This document shows, piece after piece, positions 24,601 to 35,891 of a DNA stretch of 64,000 nt (the first letter of the stretch is position 1; each line of letters opens with the position of its first letter). The position numbers and the translations under genes are program-made. The notes below the pieces were generated by a model. That model saw only the letters and a list, made by a program, of their open reading frames with translations, was not told the DNA's origin and searched no databases. Origin of the DNA: Catajapyx aquilonaris (lineage: Eukaryota); assembly GCA_000934665.2 (NCBI GenBank), contig KZ538769.1, positions 62,001 to 126,000 on the forward strand, given 5' to 3'.

Positions 24601-27600
24601 GTTTTGCTGAAGCACCCCTTCCAGCTTTAGGCCGTGTATTGTGATGGCAGCAATAGCATATCTGGAATGGAAGTAAAGTTTGATGAAATCAGCAAAATTA
24701 AGTAGTGCATGGAATGAATAATATTACGTTAAAAATTTGTGCCCTTAATATTATGAAAGAAGCTCATGAAATTAACCTGGAAGACTTGGACACAATGGTC
24801 CACCTTTGAACATTTGAATTTTTATACGAGCTCCTGTTATAGGCCGCACAACCAATATTTTCTGGCATGGTGGAGGTAGCATTTGGAATATAATATGAGT
24901 GACTAACATGCCAGGGTGTTCGTCGGTCACTTCTTGATAACCAAAGGTGGGCATTAGCGTCGATAATCAGCTAATAGCTGAACTAACTTTTCTGCAGCTG
25001 ATTAGCTGTTTTCGCTAACTTTTCAGGCCGCTAGCTGACTGATTAGCTCCCACTAAATTTAGTGCCACACAGCAGCTAAATAAATTCAGCTAACAAAATT
25101 TATTCGTCTTCCTGTCTCTCTGTCTGTTACATTTTAAAGTTGCATTGTTTCCACTCCAAACAGGGATTAAAATAGACCAGTTTATGGGTGGGGGACTTCA
25201 AGGCCCTATCCCTACGGTGGAATCCCACTGGTGATGCACCAAAATTGAAAGTCTTTCTTTCAATGTCCAAAAATGTGGGAGACTTCAAGGCCCTATGGCC
25301 AACCATCACTCCCAAATGATGGAGTAAAAATGTAAGAGTATCAGGATGTGACCAATAAGGCAATAAACCTTTTTGCTCTTTGGATTTGTTTATTACTTTT
25401 TGTATGGAACAGTAAGTAACTAAATAAGCTGTATGTGTAACAATGTTCTCTAAGCTTTATCAGCTTAGGTCTGTTTTTTAAGGGTCATAGAGCCAAAAGA
25501 GGCCGACAATGCCTGGTTAGGGCTCACGAGGTCTCCACACTTTGTGCCAAATCATGACGTCACATCCGCCCGCGAAATTCAAACCCTGCCGTATCGCTAC
25601 CGTACGCGGTGTGTTGCTAGGTGTTGCCATGTTGACATCCCCCACATGTTCACCAAATAGGCGTTGCCATACCGTTGTCCCTGCTGGTTTATATGACGGT
25701 ATGGCAATGTCTGGAAACGTCCCTGCGAGTTTATATGGTTCCATTGTTTGGTGAACATGTGGGGGATGTCAACATGGCAACGCACCGCGTACGGTAGCGA
25801 TACGGTAGTGTTTGAATTTCCCGGCGGATGTGATGTCATGATTTGGCCCAAACTTTGGAGGCCTCGTGAGCCCTAACCAGGCATTGTAGAGAAATAGAAC
25901 CTTCACTTCCATATACTGGTTTTTCACAAGGATTCTCGCTACCTGAAGCTTGTGCGCCATTTACCGACCACCCTGTACATAGAGAAGATTCTACTAATAA
26001 TGCTTAGTATACAGACCTTGTAGACAATTCTGGGAGTGTTTTTCTGAAAAGTACGCCTAACACGCCATGTGGTGCAAGACTTTCTTTGAAATTCTGCAAC
26101 CCATGCCTTCACATCTTCTTGAGAAAACACATTCACTCGGACAATTGCCTCAAACCGTTCCTCCTGAGAGTAATCCTCGACAATTCTAAAATTCTTAACC
26201 ACATGACGAAACTTGCTAGGAAGCACCTTCTGCAAATAAAAGTACATATTGATAATATGATGTTGAAGAAAACTTAATTCTGTCAATGTAATGATTGGGA
26301 TAATTTAACCTCTAATTGCTCCGGGATACTGGTACTAGAAACACTAGTCATCGCATTTTCAGGATCCAGGGATGTGGAATGGTGATCATGTGCTTGGTGG
26401 ATCTTCAAGACCTGGCCTTTGAAGTTGAAGCCATCTAATGCCAATCCTAGTTTTGCTTCATCTACTGAACGGAACTAGTGAGAAGAAATGCAGGTGTTAG
26501 TGTATGAGGAGTATTTAAATAACCTGAAGAAAAAAATCAGTTACCTCCACAAATGCGAAATTCTTGTCTGGGGTCATTTCACAAGCAAGCACTGGATTTC
26601 CAGCTGTTTGAGCCACACTTGAAAGGAGGACCACCTGGTTAAAAAATATCTTCACCTCTTCCTGAAAAGTGCAAAAAAAAAAGTATATGCAAGTTACATA
26701 ATTATGTATGGCAGCCTACTTTTACCTCAGTGACTCCAGCAGGAATGTTTTGAATATGCAGAAGTCTGCCCTCCCCTGCACTAGTGGATCCCACTGCTGA
26801 ACCAGTGTTGGCTGGAACCTGGCCAGTGGCTGAAGCAGAAAAAAAGTGTTCAGATCCTGGTTTGTAAACCCCCGAGTGACCCAGTGTTAGTAACTGGGTC
26901 GTAACTCCACCCCAGGTTCACTCTGTGTCTCACCTTGCGTAGCTGTACCACACTGCACCTTGCCACTCACATGCTGTCGAACCTACACAAGAATGGAAAC
27001 CAGTTTAATGTTGAATAATTCATTACAGCAAGAAAACCCAGTCAGAGTGTAATCATAACTACTGATCCAACAAAGGAGGAAGGTGCCCAGGTGGAATAGG
27101 TAATTCAAAATGCCACTTTCTAATGGGGATGGATAGTAAAAAGGGTGGTGGAAACAGCCCTGACTGGTATTAATTGGAGATTGATTTGGGATAATTTCAC
27201 CTCTAATTCCTGTGGGACACCGGCCACTTGGTTTTGAGATGTCCTAGGCAAGGCAATTTTAATAGCCTTCACCACACCATGGGAATTATTAGGCAGCATC
27301 TTCTGCAAGTAAAAGTACACATTCCTAATATCATGTTCATATCATTTTCATTCTGTCAGTGAACTGATAGGGATGTCTTTACCTCCAATTTCTCTGGCAT
27401 ACTGGTACGAGGGACATTGGCCTTTGGCATTTTAGCCATCCCAGGCCTGGTAAGGCGATGAAATGGTCGAAAGATCTTCAAGTCATGATGCTTGAAAAGT
27501 ATACCATCTAATGCCAGTGCTTGCCTTGTTTCATCTATTGAACGCAGCTAATGAGAAGAAATTCAGGTGTTGCTTTGTGACTGGTATAACTCTTTGTCAC

Positions 27601-29663
27601 ATTCGAATAACCTGAGAAAAACAGTTACCTCCAAAAATGCCACATTCTTCTCTAGGTTGCATAATTTGCAAGCGATCACTGGATTTCCAGGCCCATCAGC
27701 CAGATGAAAAAATTTCATCTGCTGGTTAAAGAACTTCACAAACTCCTCCTGAAAAGCGTTTTGTTTTGTTTTTATCAGTGTACAGAAGTTACATCCATAT
27801 GCCATAGCCTACATTTACCTCAGTCACTCCAGCAGGGATGTTTCCAACATGCAGAAATCTGGCCTGGTTGGGAAGAATGTGTCCCACAACAGGTACCACT
27901 ACTGTACCAGTCTTGGCTGGGACCTGGCCAGTGGCTGAAGCAGAACAAGAGTGTTCAGATCCTGGTTCGTAAACCCCAGAGTGACCCAGTGTTAGTAACT
28001 GGATCATAACCCCAACCCAGGTTCACTCTGTGTCTCACCTTGCGTAGTTGTACCACCTTGCACCTTGCCACTCCCAAGTTGTCGAACCTACACAAGAATG
28101 GAAACCATTTCAATATTGAATCATTCACTATATTGTAAGAAAGCCCAGCAAGAAGAGTGTAATAATAACTATACTATTCCAACAAAGGAAGAAGGTGGAA
28201 TTGATAAATCAAAAGGGCCATTTTCAAACAAGAATAGATAGTAAAAATAGTGTTGGAAGCAGCCCCTGATCCTAGTTATGACGGGGATCATATTACCTCC
28301 AATTGCTCTCCGATACAGGTACGAGAGACATTGGCCTGTGGGTTTTCAGATGTCCTGGGCCTGGGAACTTTAATAATCCTGACAACATCAACGGATTTGT
28401 TAGTGGGCACCTTCTGCAAATAAAAGTACTCATAGTTAATATTGTCAACATAATTTTTCCTCTGTCAGTGTTACCTCCAATTGCTCTGGCATACTGGTAC
28501 TAGGAAAGCTGGCCTTTAAGTTTTCCGAGTTCCTGGGCATGGGAATCTCAAGAGTTTTTACCACATCTTGGGATTTGTTAGGTAGCACCTTCTGCAAATA
28601 AAAGTATACAACTTGCTAAAATGCACTGTACTCACGATTATCTGTTGCAGATTATTATGCATCACCAAAAAATATTAGAAATATAGGTCCAAAAAAATGA
28701 CAATACGTCTCACAAACAAAGACGTACTACAGACACATTATGTACCGGACTACCGGTAGAGTAGTACATTTAAAACCTCTGAATGGCTCCTTTTTACTGC
28801 ATCTAGGACCTTTTCCAAATATCCGCTGACACCTGTGCAGTCATTAGCACTGATAATAATCGGGAGCAGTGCCTTTTGTTATATTAATTTAATTCAGCCA
28901 GAGCATACGGATTAGGATCAGATTACGTAGGCATACTGACACTAGGAACCCCGGCCTTTTGGTTTTCAGGCGTCCTGGTTATGATAATTTTAAAAGTCTT
29001 CCCCACATCTTGGGATTTGTTAGGTGGCACCTTCTGCAAATAAAAGTACAATTTGCAAATATTATAGTAATCTAATTTTTACTCTGTCACATGCTGATTG
29101 GGATCACATTACCTCCAATTGCTCTGGGATTTTGGTACTAGGCCCGGGATGGTGATAATGTGCTTCACGTATTGTCAGCGTCTTTCCCTTGAAGTTGATG
29201 CCATCCAATGCCATTGCTGGCTTTGTTTCATCTCTTGACCGGACCTAATCAGAAGAAATGCAGGTGTTGACGTATGGAGAGTCACATTCAAATAACCAGA
29301 GGAAAACATTGTTACCTCCAACAACGCTGAAATCTTGTTTGGGTTGATGTTGCAAACAAGCACTGGATTTCCAGATGCTTCAGTTAGGCCAGAAAGGGGC
29401 ATCTTCTGGTTGAAAAACTCCACCATCTCATCCTGAAAAGTATTTTAAACAGATAAGCACATTATGCAAGTAACATGCCAGCCTACTTTTACCTCAGTGA
29501 CTTCAGCAGGAATGTTTTGAACGTACAGAAGCGTGGTACGCCTCGGAACGGTGCATCCCACTGTTTGGCCTGTGTTGGCCGGGCCCTGGCTAGTGGCTGC
29601 AGATGAAATAAACGACCAGTTCCCAGTGTACTACAAACCCCACATCCGCATCTCACCTTGCAT
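21631..29663 (-). CDS. Chimeric protein (~1300 aa): 3x U2AF65-like RRM1 plus linker repeats fused to a Mutator-type transposase-derived WRKY-like/MULE/SWIM region. Exons 29663-29657, 29596-29493, 29432-29316, 29244-29113, 29033-28941 (uncertain), 28591-28475, 28413-28297, 28087-28039, 27934-27819, 27748-27629, 27547-27383, 27302-27201, 26982-26934, 26829-26726, 26661-26545, 26474-26310, 26229-26017, 24661-24546, 23548-21631
   Basis: All introns are GT-AG, phases are consistent and there are no internal stops. The RRM copies (e.g. ATGQVPA..VPVVG..QARFLHVGNIPAGVTE|EEFVKFFNQQM..GNPVIAC..LEKNVAFLE|LRSIDETRQALALDGI) match U2AF65/U2af50. The C-terminal part has CCHHN..KHTNC..HTHNH, GGLPLG, FITDD, CILH and SWIM CSCPIGLKGGACKH. 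Confidence 0.78.
25506..25887. mobile_element. Long-arm foldback MITE in an intron of the chimeric gene
   Basis: ACAATGCCTGGTTAGGGCTCACGAGG... / ...CCTCGTGAGCCCTAACCAGGCATTGT, with inverted similarity over roughly 150 bp. Confidence 0.8.
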
Positions 29664-29930
29664 TACTTTTCAGCTCCAACCTACAGCCTTGGCTCCAACT
29701 GTCAGCATGTCAGCTGAGGCACGTGTCCGCCATGTTGGTTACCAAACCACCGATAGGCCTGCCATCTGGCGGCGTTCCCAAGCGATGCGACACTCTCCGT
29801 CAGCTGTTTACACCACCGCTTGTTTTGTCCACAAGTTGTCATCTTTCATTGACCTCTGCACCTTTTCCAGTCACAACATCATCCCCTCTGAGCAGTGTCC
29901 AAGACTCCAGTCACCATTAGTTACTCCAAG
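29664..29930. promoter_or_regulatory. Putative bidirectional promoter between the chimeric gene and NELF-E
   Basis: The divergent start codons are separated by 267 bp. The interval contains CGCCATGTTGG (YY1-like, 29728) and TGCCATCTGGCGG (CTCF-like, 29760). Confidence 0.6.
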
Positions 29931-31252
29931 ATGGTCTACCTCCACTTCCCAACCAACCTGACGGAGGAGGAGCACATGCTGCAGGCCAAGTACCAGAAGT
30001 TACGCAGAAAGGTAACCGTCAGACTCATCGCATTGACACGCCTGCAAGTCTTGTAAAACCCTGCTTTTGGGAGCAGAAAAAGGCGCTCCAGTCCTTGAAG
30101 GCGCCCAGCAAGTCTGAGATGGAGAAGCGGACGCTGAGCAGCAAGCGTCCGGCTGAGGCCAAGGATGCCAAGGAGGTGGCCAAGAAGCTGCTCAAGTCGG
30201 GTGCCATCAGTGCCATCCAGAAGCCAGGGGAGAAGGGGGAGAAGACCACCTTCAAGAGGTCCAAAGGACTCGAGAGGAAGCTGAGCTCAACCACCGACAG
30301 GCTGTCCGATAGGGTCAGCGGATACCAGCCATATTCGGCCACACATCCGGATGAGGAGGAACCGGAGAGGAAGCCAAAGATGAAGGTAAGAGGCAAATCG
30401 CAGTCTGCGTCACCATCTACGTCGCTGTTCTCTTTCAGAATCTGTATGACAGCTTCGTGTCTGCCAGGGAACGGGAGGAACGAGGCCAGAATGAATCGCG
30501 TGACGGCCGCCCTGAGAAACCACGCCAAGGCAACACCGTGTATGTGTCAGGCCACAGCGTAACAGAAGAGATCTTGAGAAATGCATTCCAGGCATTTGGA
30601 GCCATCGCCAACATCTCCATGGAGATTGAGAAGCACTGTGGGTTTGTCACCTTCAACAAGATGGAGTCTGCCGAGAAGGCCATCAGCGGGATGAATGGTG
30701 TTGTCGTATCCGGAATCCAGCTCAAAGTCAGCCTGGCCAGGAGGCAGCCTACCATCGATCCTATCAACCAGGCGTCATCTTCGGCAGCTTGGTCAACTAT
30801 TGGTAAGCATACACAGACCTACCCGCAGCTGGAAAAGACATTCTCACTGTTGTATAACTGGACATTCTTGTGGGTAAAGGGTGTGTTACTGTTTGCAAGA
30901 TGATTTATGTTAACAAGCATTAAGCGGCGGTTACATGTGAGCGATTTTATTGGCAATGTTGCAGCAACATACATTGCTGAGCGAAAGAAACAATATATTT
31001 TTGCCCCAAACAATCAGTCTCACGGCTGCAACATTGCTGATCAAATCGCTTGCATGTAAACGTGGCTTTACACCTACCACTGCCTTGCAGACCGTTTCAA
31101 ATTATTATTGATGCTTCTTTCTTTTAAACTTTTTAATACTGTAATAACACATGGAATCTTTTCCAAATTTTTTTCCAGCTGCTAACCAGTCGCAGAAGGG
31201 AAGCCATAAGGACAAACGAGATATGGTCACATATGACTTGGACCTATTTTGA
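29931..31252 (+). CDS. NELF-E: Negative elongation factor E, ~275 aa. Exons 29931-30011, 30077-30385, 30439-30802, 31179-31252
   Basis: MVYLHFPTNLTEEEHMLQAKYQKLRRKKKAL, AKKLLKSGAISAI, FKRSKGLERKL, NLYDSFV, RRM GNTVYV..CGFVTF..LKVSLARRQP, WSTIAANQSQKGSHKDKRDMVTYD. AATAAA at 31272. Confidence 0.95.
30921..31070. mobile_element. Harbinger-like MITE in NELF-E intron 3
   Basis: TAAGCGGCGGTTACATGTGAGCGATTT / AAATCGCTTGCATGTAAACGTGGCTTTA inverted ends. Related to the fragment near 16070-16175. Confidence 0.6.
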
Positions 31253-31337
31253 ATCAATGTTAAAGTGAAAAAATAAACTTACTTAAAATATCTGTGTTTT
31301 CTGTGTTAAGAACAATAAAACTGAGAACTTCTAAACT

Positions 31338-32525
31338 CTAGACCTTGGCCTTCTTGGCTTCTGGAGTGTTTGATTCCTTTGTGGGGGTGCGTTTCAGCCA
31401 GTTGGCCATGAAGCGGCTGCTGGGTGTCTCGGCCTTCTTGGGCGTCTCCCTGTCAGATGGGAAAGTGTCAGTTTCGAATGTAATCCACATAATTCATGTC
31501 CTAAATTGACTAAACAATTTGTGCTCAACATACCCCAACTTAATAGGATGGTTGCAAGTGACATCCTTGTTGCGGGAGTTGTTCACCAGAGTAGAGACTG
31601 GATGCCACTTCAGCTCCTCTGCTGGCTTCAGCAGCTGAAAGGCATCCTTTGACTTTACACAGTCAGAATCAAGCCAGTCCTGCAGGAAAAGAGGCACATT
31701 TTAGTTCGGAGAGACATGCAACATTCAAGTGCACTTGTTATAACGAGTACAATTTGCATACTGCAACAATTTCAGGTGAGTCCAAGATGGCAGGCATCCT
31801 TTGGTGCAGCCAGCCCAATGTGTCATTGGATTCCATGGTGATGATGCTGTAACTGTGCACCGCATTCCCATCTTCAGGGGTCCAAACGTTGTACAATGCC
31901 GCCATATGCATTAGCCTGGGTCCATCGCCAGTGTTCCAAGTGTCAGGATCCTCCACCTTCACACCTTCTTCCTGCGGCATGTAGAGAAAGTACGGCTGCT
32001 TGGTCTTGCCTTTTGTCTGCCACTCGTAGAATCCATCACACAGCACAATGCAACGACGTCCACGGTTGAACGACGGGCTGTACAGAGAGGACTTGAGCAT
32101 GCCTTCCATCCGGCAGTTGTTGGTCGACAGTCCGTGGGATTTAGGGTCAGATCCCTGCAACATTCATTCAAAGGTGAACAAAAATCCTCGCTTCAGTGTG
32201 CCTTGGACGCACCTTGAACCAAGCGGGAATCATTCCCCAGAGCATGGGCTGAATGACCCTTTCCTCCTGGTGGTTGAACAGTATGGGAGTGTGGCTCGCA
32301 GGGGACACATTGTGCGAAGGGTAATACTGCCGTCCGTCCGAAGACTCCTGCCACCTTGGCTCCACTTGCTCCCCCCTGTCCCGAGGCTTGTAGCGACAGG
32401 CCCTGCAAATTGCTCCAGGATCAAGGGTACTGCAGAACAAGAGGCAATCATAATTATCAGAGTAATTATTATTCTAAATGCTGCGTATGTGATGAACGTT
32501 ATTACCATGCGGTTCTCCCGCACAT
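31338..32525 (-). CDS. HMCES: Abasic site processing protein HMCES (SRAP domain), ~295 aa. Exons 32525-32506, 32429-32213, 32154-31762, 31679-31534, 31449-31338
   Basis: N-terminal MCGRTAC (catalytic Cys2), PSHNVSP, MLWGMIPAW, RRCIVLCDGFYEW, KQPYF, YSIIT, LHQRMPAIL, WHPVS..VNNSR and a C-terminal PIP-like SSRFMANWL. Confidence 0.95.
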
Positions 32526-35500
32526 GCTTCCACCGCAGCACTTCACTGTCTCTCTTCAGGAGTTGTGTCTGGAAGGCAATGCTGTTAATTAGCGGACACA
32601 ATTAGTGCGGGTGATCTAATGAATTCTAGTGATCCAAGTCGAAGAAGAACCTTTCGAACAAAGTTCCAGAACAAATTTTGGCCGAACAGCGCTGCCACCT
32701 GGCCGGGTTGAGTCACACTACAGCTTTTAACAGTGTCCCCCAGATGGCGGTAATGCCGGGTACATCAGTGACATCTGACGGATTCAATTGAAAGCTCCGG
32801 CATTGAATTATTTAACCGCGGATTTCAAAAGTGAATGTAATCGTTCTTCAATCATTACTGTACTTGAGTACTTCTACAGCCGCAACTACTCGTTCATGCT
32901 CTATTTACACTTCGGGTAAACCACTTGTTACAGCGAAGACATTTGCGCACACCCTGTGAGTAACGAGATAATTGGTATTATCATTAGCAGCTGAAACCGT
33001 TCTTCTCATACCCGTTTCCAGCCCGTTTCATACCCATTTTACATCCGTTGCCATGTAACCAAACCTGGATAAACAAACAAACAAACTTTGCCTTTTATTC
33101 CCACAGATTATTGTTGCTGTTGTTGTCATGAGAGACAGTATTGGCATTGTCATCATTCACTTTCAGCGTGCAAAAATGTACTGCTGGTATATCAATGTTC
33201 GCATTCGTGTTTGAGCCTTTGCGACTCATTCAGTTTGTTGCCTTCTGAATATAGACGTCGTAATGGCCTGTTCCTGCCCTCGTAAAAATTTGACGTAGAA
33301 CGTCGGGAAATGCAGGCAGCTGCCGGAGAAGTGACATATATTGTGCGGCAGGAATTTAAAGGGCGGTTTTTTTCCCCCCTGATTTTTAACAGAGCTATTG
33401 GTCCATTTTGCACATTGTTATTTTAGAGGCCGCAAAAGTATGATAAATTATGTATTTTTTTCTGGCTGCTGAGTTGGTACTGAAGAAGAGTCATTTCCTG
33501 CCGCCTCTGTGAACGGAAGTCCTGGTGCATCCTCACTTGCTCATGCCTATTACAGTTACAGTAAATTAGAGCACTGAGCATTCTCCCGGGAAAATCCTGC
33601 AGGAAATATTCCGTGCCATCAGAGCAAATTTGCTTCAAACACCATATGTCGATGTAAACGTGTTATGACAACATACGCAGACGTTTATAAAAATGTTTTG
33701 ACACAACCAGCTGCAGTGCGTCAGGATAAGTCAGGAAACACACTTCACCTACTCCACACACAGGTATCATCCTTGATCCCTGCCTCATTTCTTGGTCCAC
33801 AGATCATCAAGGTCTGGCCAGAAAAAAATGGCTCGGCAGTCAGCAGGAAAAACGTCGCCATTATAAGAAAAGGTAAGTTTTCTCTATATTCCTCAGCAGG
33901 AAGTCGTCTCCGTTCATCACGCCTGAATAACATTAACGAAATGCCACTAACTGATTACCGGATCTCACGATTTCATTCTCTGCCGGAATTCCTGCAGATC
34001 CCATAAAACACAAGGCCTCGCATATAATTCCGGCCAAAATTCCATCACACCAAAGTACGTGCTATGCGTATTGCCAAAATGGGATCGATCAGCTCTATAA
34101 AGGTGAGCCAAAATTTCGCCCAAATTATTTTTAGCGCCACATTTCGCCCGAATTTTGGCACAAGAATGGATACAAAAAGGTGACAAAAAAAGGCCGCCTT
34201 CCCATGGGACACGAGTAAAAAAGGTGGCAGTTGTCGTGTTTCACCGATAGCTTCCGGTCCCCATATAAGTTCTTCGCACTTCCATCACTTTTCTTGTGCC
34301 CCAACTTCTTGGATTCATTCCAGACACCATTTTCAGTCGGGAAAAAGATCCCCTCCTGAGACATGGTTCCAGCTTTGTTTGCTCACATGGCCACCAGCTT
34401 TTGGGAGAAGTCAAGGGGTCAACTGACAGGTTCATTAGATCTTGGGATAGAAATAGACCATATGCGAATAGGCGCATATTATAACCCACAAATGCCTGAA
34501 TTATTTGTTGTTAAATTTTAATGGAGGGATAACATCTCCATATTTATGGGAAAGTTTGTCCGGTCTGCCTAACCCACTTTCAGACTACTGCGAGTGCTGA
34601 AACTTGGCACACAGATGGCAAACCGGTCCTTGATTGAGGGAAAAATCCAAAAACTGTACTTCCAAAATTTTAGATTTTTGGTACTGTAGTGCACAAGTGG
34701 CTTATATAATAGGACATCCCGGGTTAATACATTATTTTCAGTGTACTTTGTATGTACTGTTTATCTGAATATGCCGGAAGTTTGCACTTGACATTTGAGC
34801 CTTCACAGGCTGCAGGTAATAATATTTTGGCCACCCCTGAACTTAGCAGCTGCTCTGCACATTGTACATCTGCCGTTTTCTTTTGTGTGTGGTACGTGCC
34901 TCCGAATTTATATCGGGCCTTCCAACCCATGCATTACTATGTTAATTGGCAGAGTGTACATGGTGATTAAGACAGAGTGCTTTGGCTTCTTTCCCTGAGT
35001 GTCCCGGAATATTCAGGTGAAATTTTCTGAGCTCGTTTCCGGTGTGCCGCTCCTTGATCTCTCCTGCTTGACTTCTCCCTGGAACGAGGCCATTGGCCCT
35101 ACCCGTGTGTGTATACACACATGAATTGCATCGCATTTTGGAAATCCCTGTTGCATTCTATATATGTGCAGTGTGTGTCCCCTGCCTCCAACCCTCCCCA
35201 AGAGTGCAAAAGCCGTTCATCCACAGCACAAGGGTAGGGGTGTCCCCCCTTTTGCCAAGGGCTCAGTCTTCAGCCAGACTTTTGGTGGGGCACACACGCT
35301 CTCTGGGAGTGCCCTGGACGAGTTCATCACCTCCCATCGGGTGAGTTTGTTCACCTCCGAATAATATGTCCATTTTGAATATTCATGTCCCCTACCATTG
35401 TTTTACGCACGTGACCATTTGCTCAAATTGTGGGAGTCGTAATCGACATACCCGGATACACCATCATTTCCTGTTCAATTGCACGTCAACAACGTAGTGC

Positions 35501-35891
35501 TTTCCATATGCATTTGTTCTTCAATTAGGCTACTGACCAAAGTTATACATTTTTATAAGATACGACTGGTGATGTGTTGTTTTTTTGGTCTTATTGCAGG
35601 TGTACCTTGCTGCTACGTTTTGCATCCAAAAGGGCCTGAAATTCCTGGCCAGACAGCCTTGCGCAAGATCAAAGCGAGACCTTGAGGACGGTAATATCCT
35701 GGCCTGCTGGTTGGTAAAGGCTCCTTTCAGGCATGATCTGGAGGCCCCTTGCTGGTCAAGGGTTCAGTTGACAGACGAAGAAAAGGGGATGAAGAAGTGT
35801 GGTGGTGGCACAGTGAGGGGTGGTGACACCGGTGAACTCGGGTGACCTTTAGTGGGTTATAACGGGTGTGGACTTTTGTGTGAACACAAGT

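Noticed and set aside
26310..29663. Bona fide U2AF65 gene or decayed pseudogene
   Set aside because: Only RRM1 is present (three copies), with no RS/RRM2/UHM. There are no stops or frameshifts, and it splices in frame to the transposase exons.
33828..33871. Coding first exon for the tetraspan gene
   Set aside because: The ATG frame stops after 12 codons. The good donor AAG|GTAAG suggests at most a 5'UTR exon.
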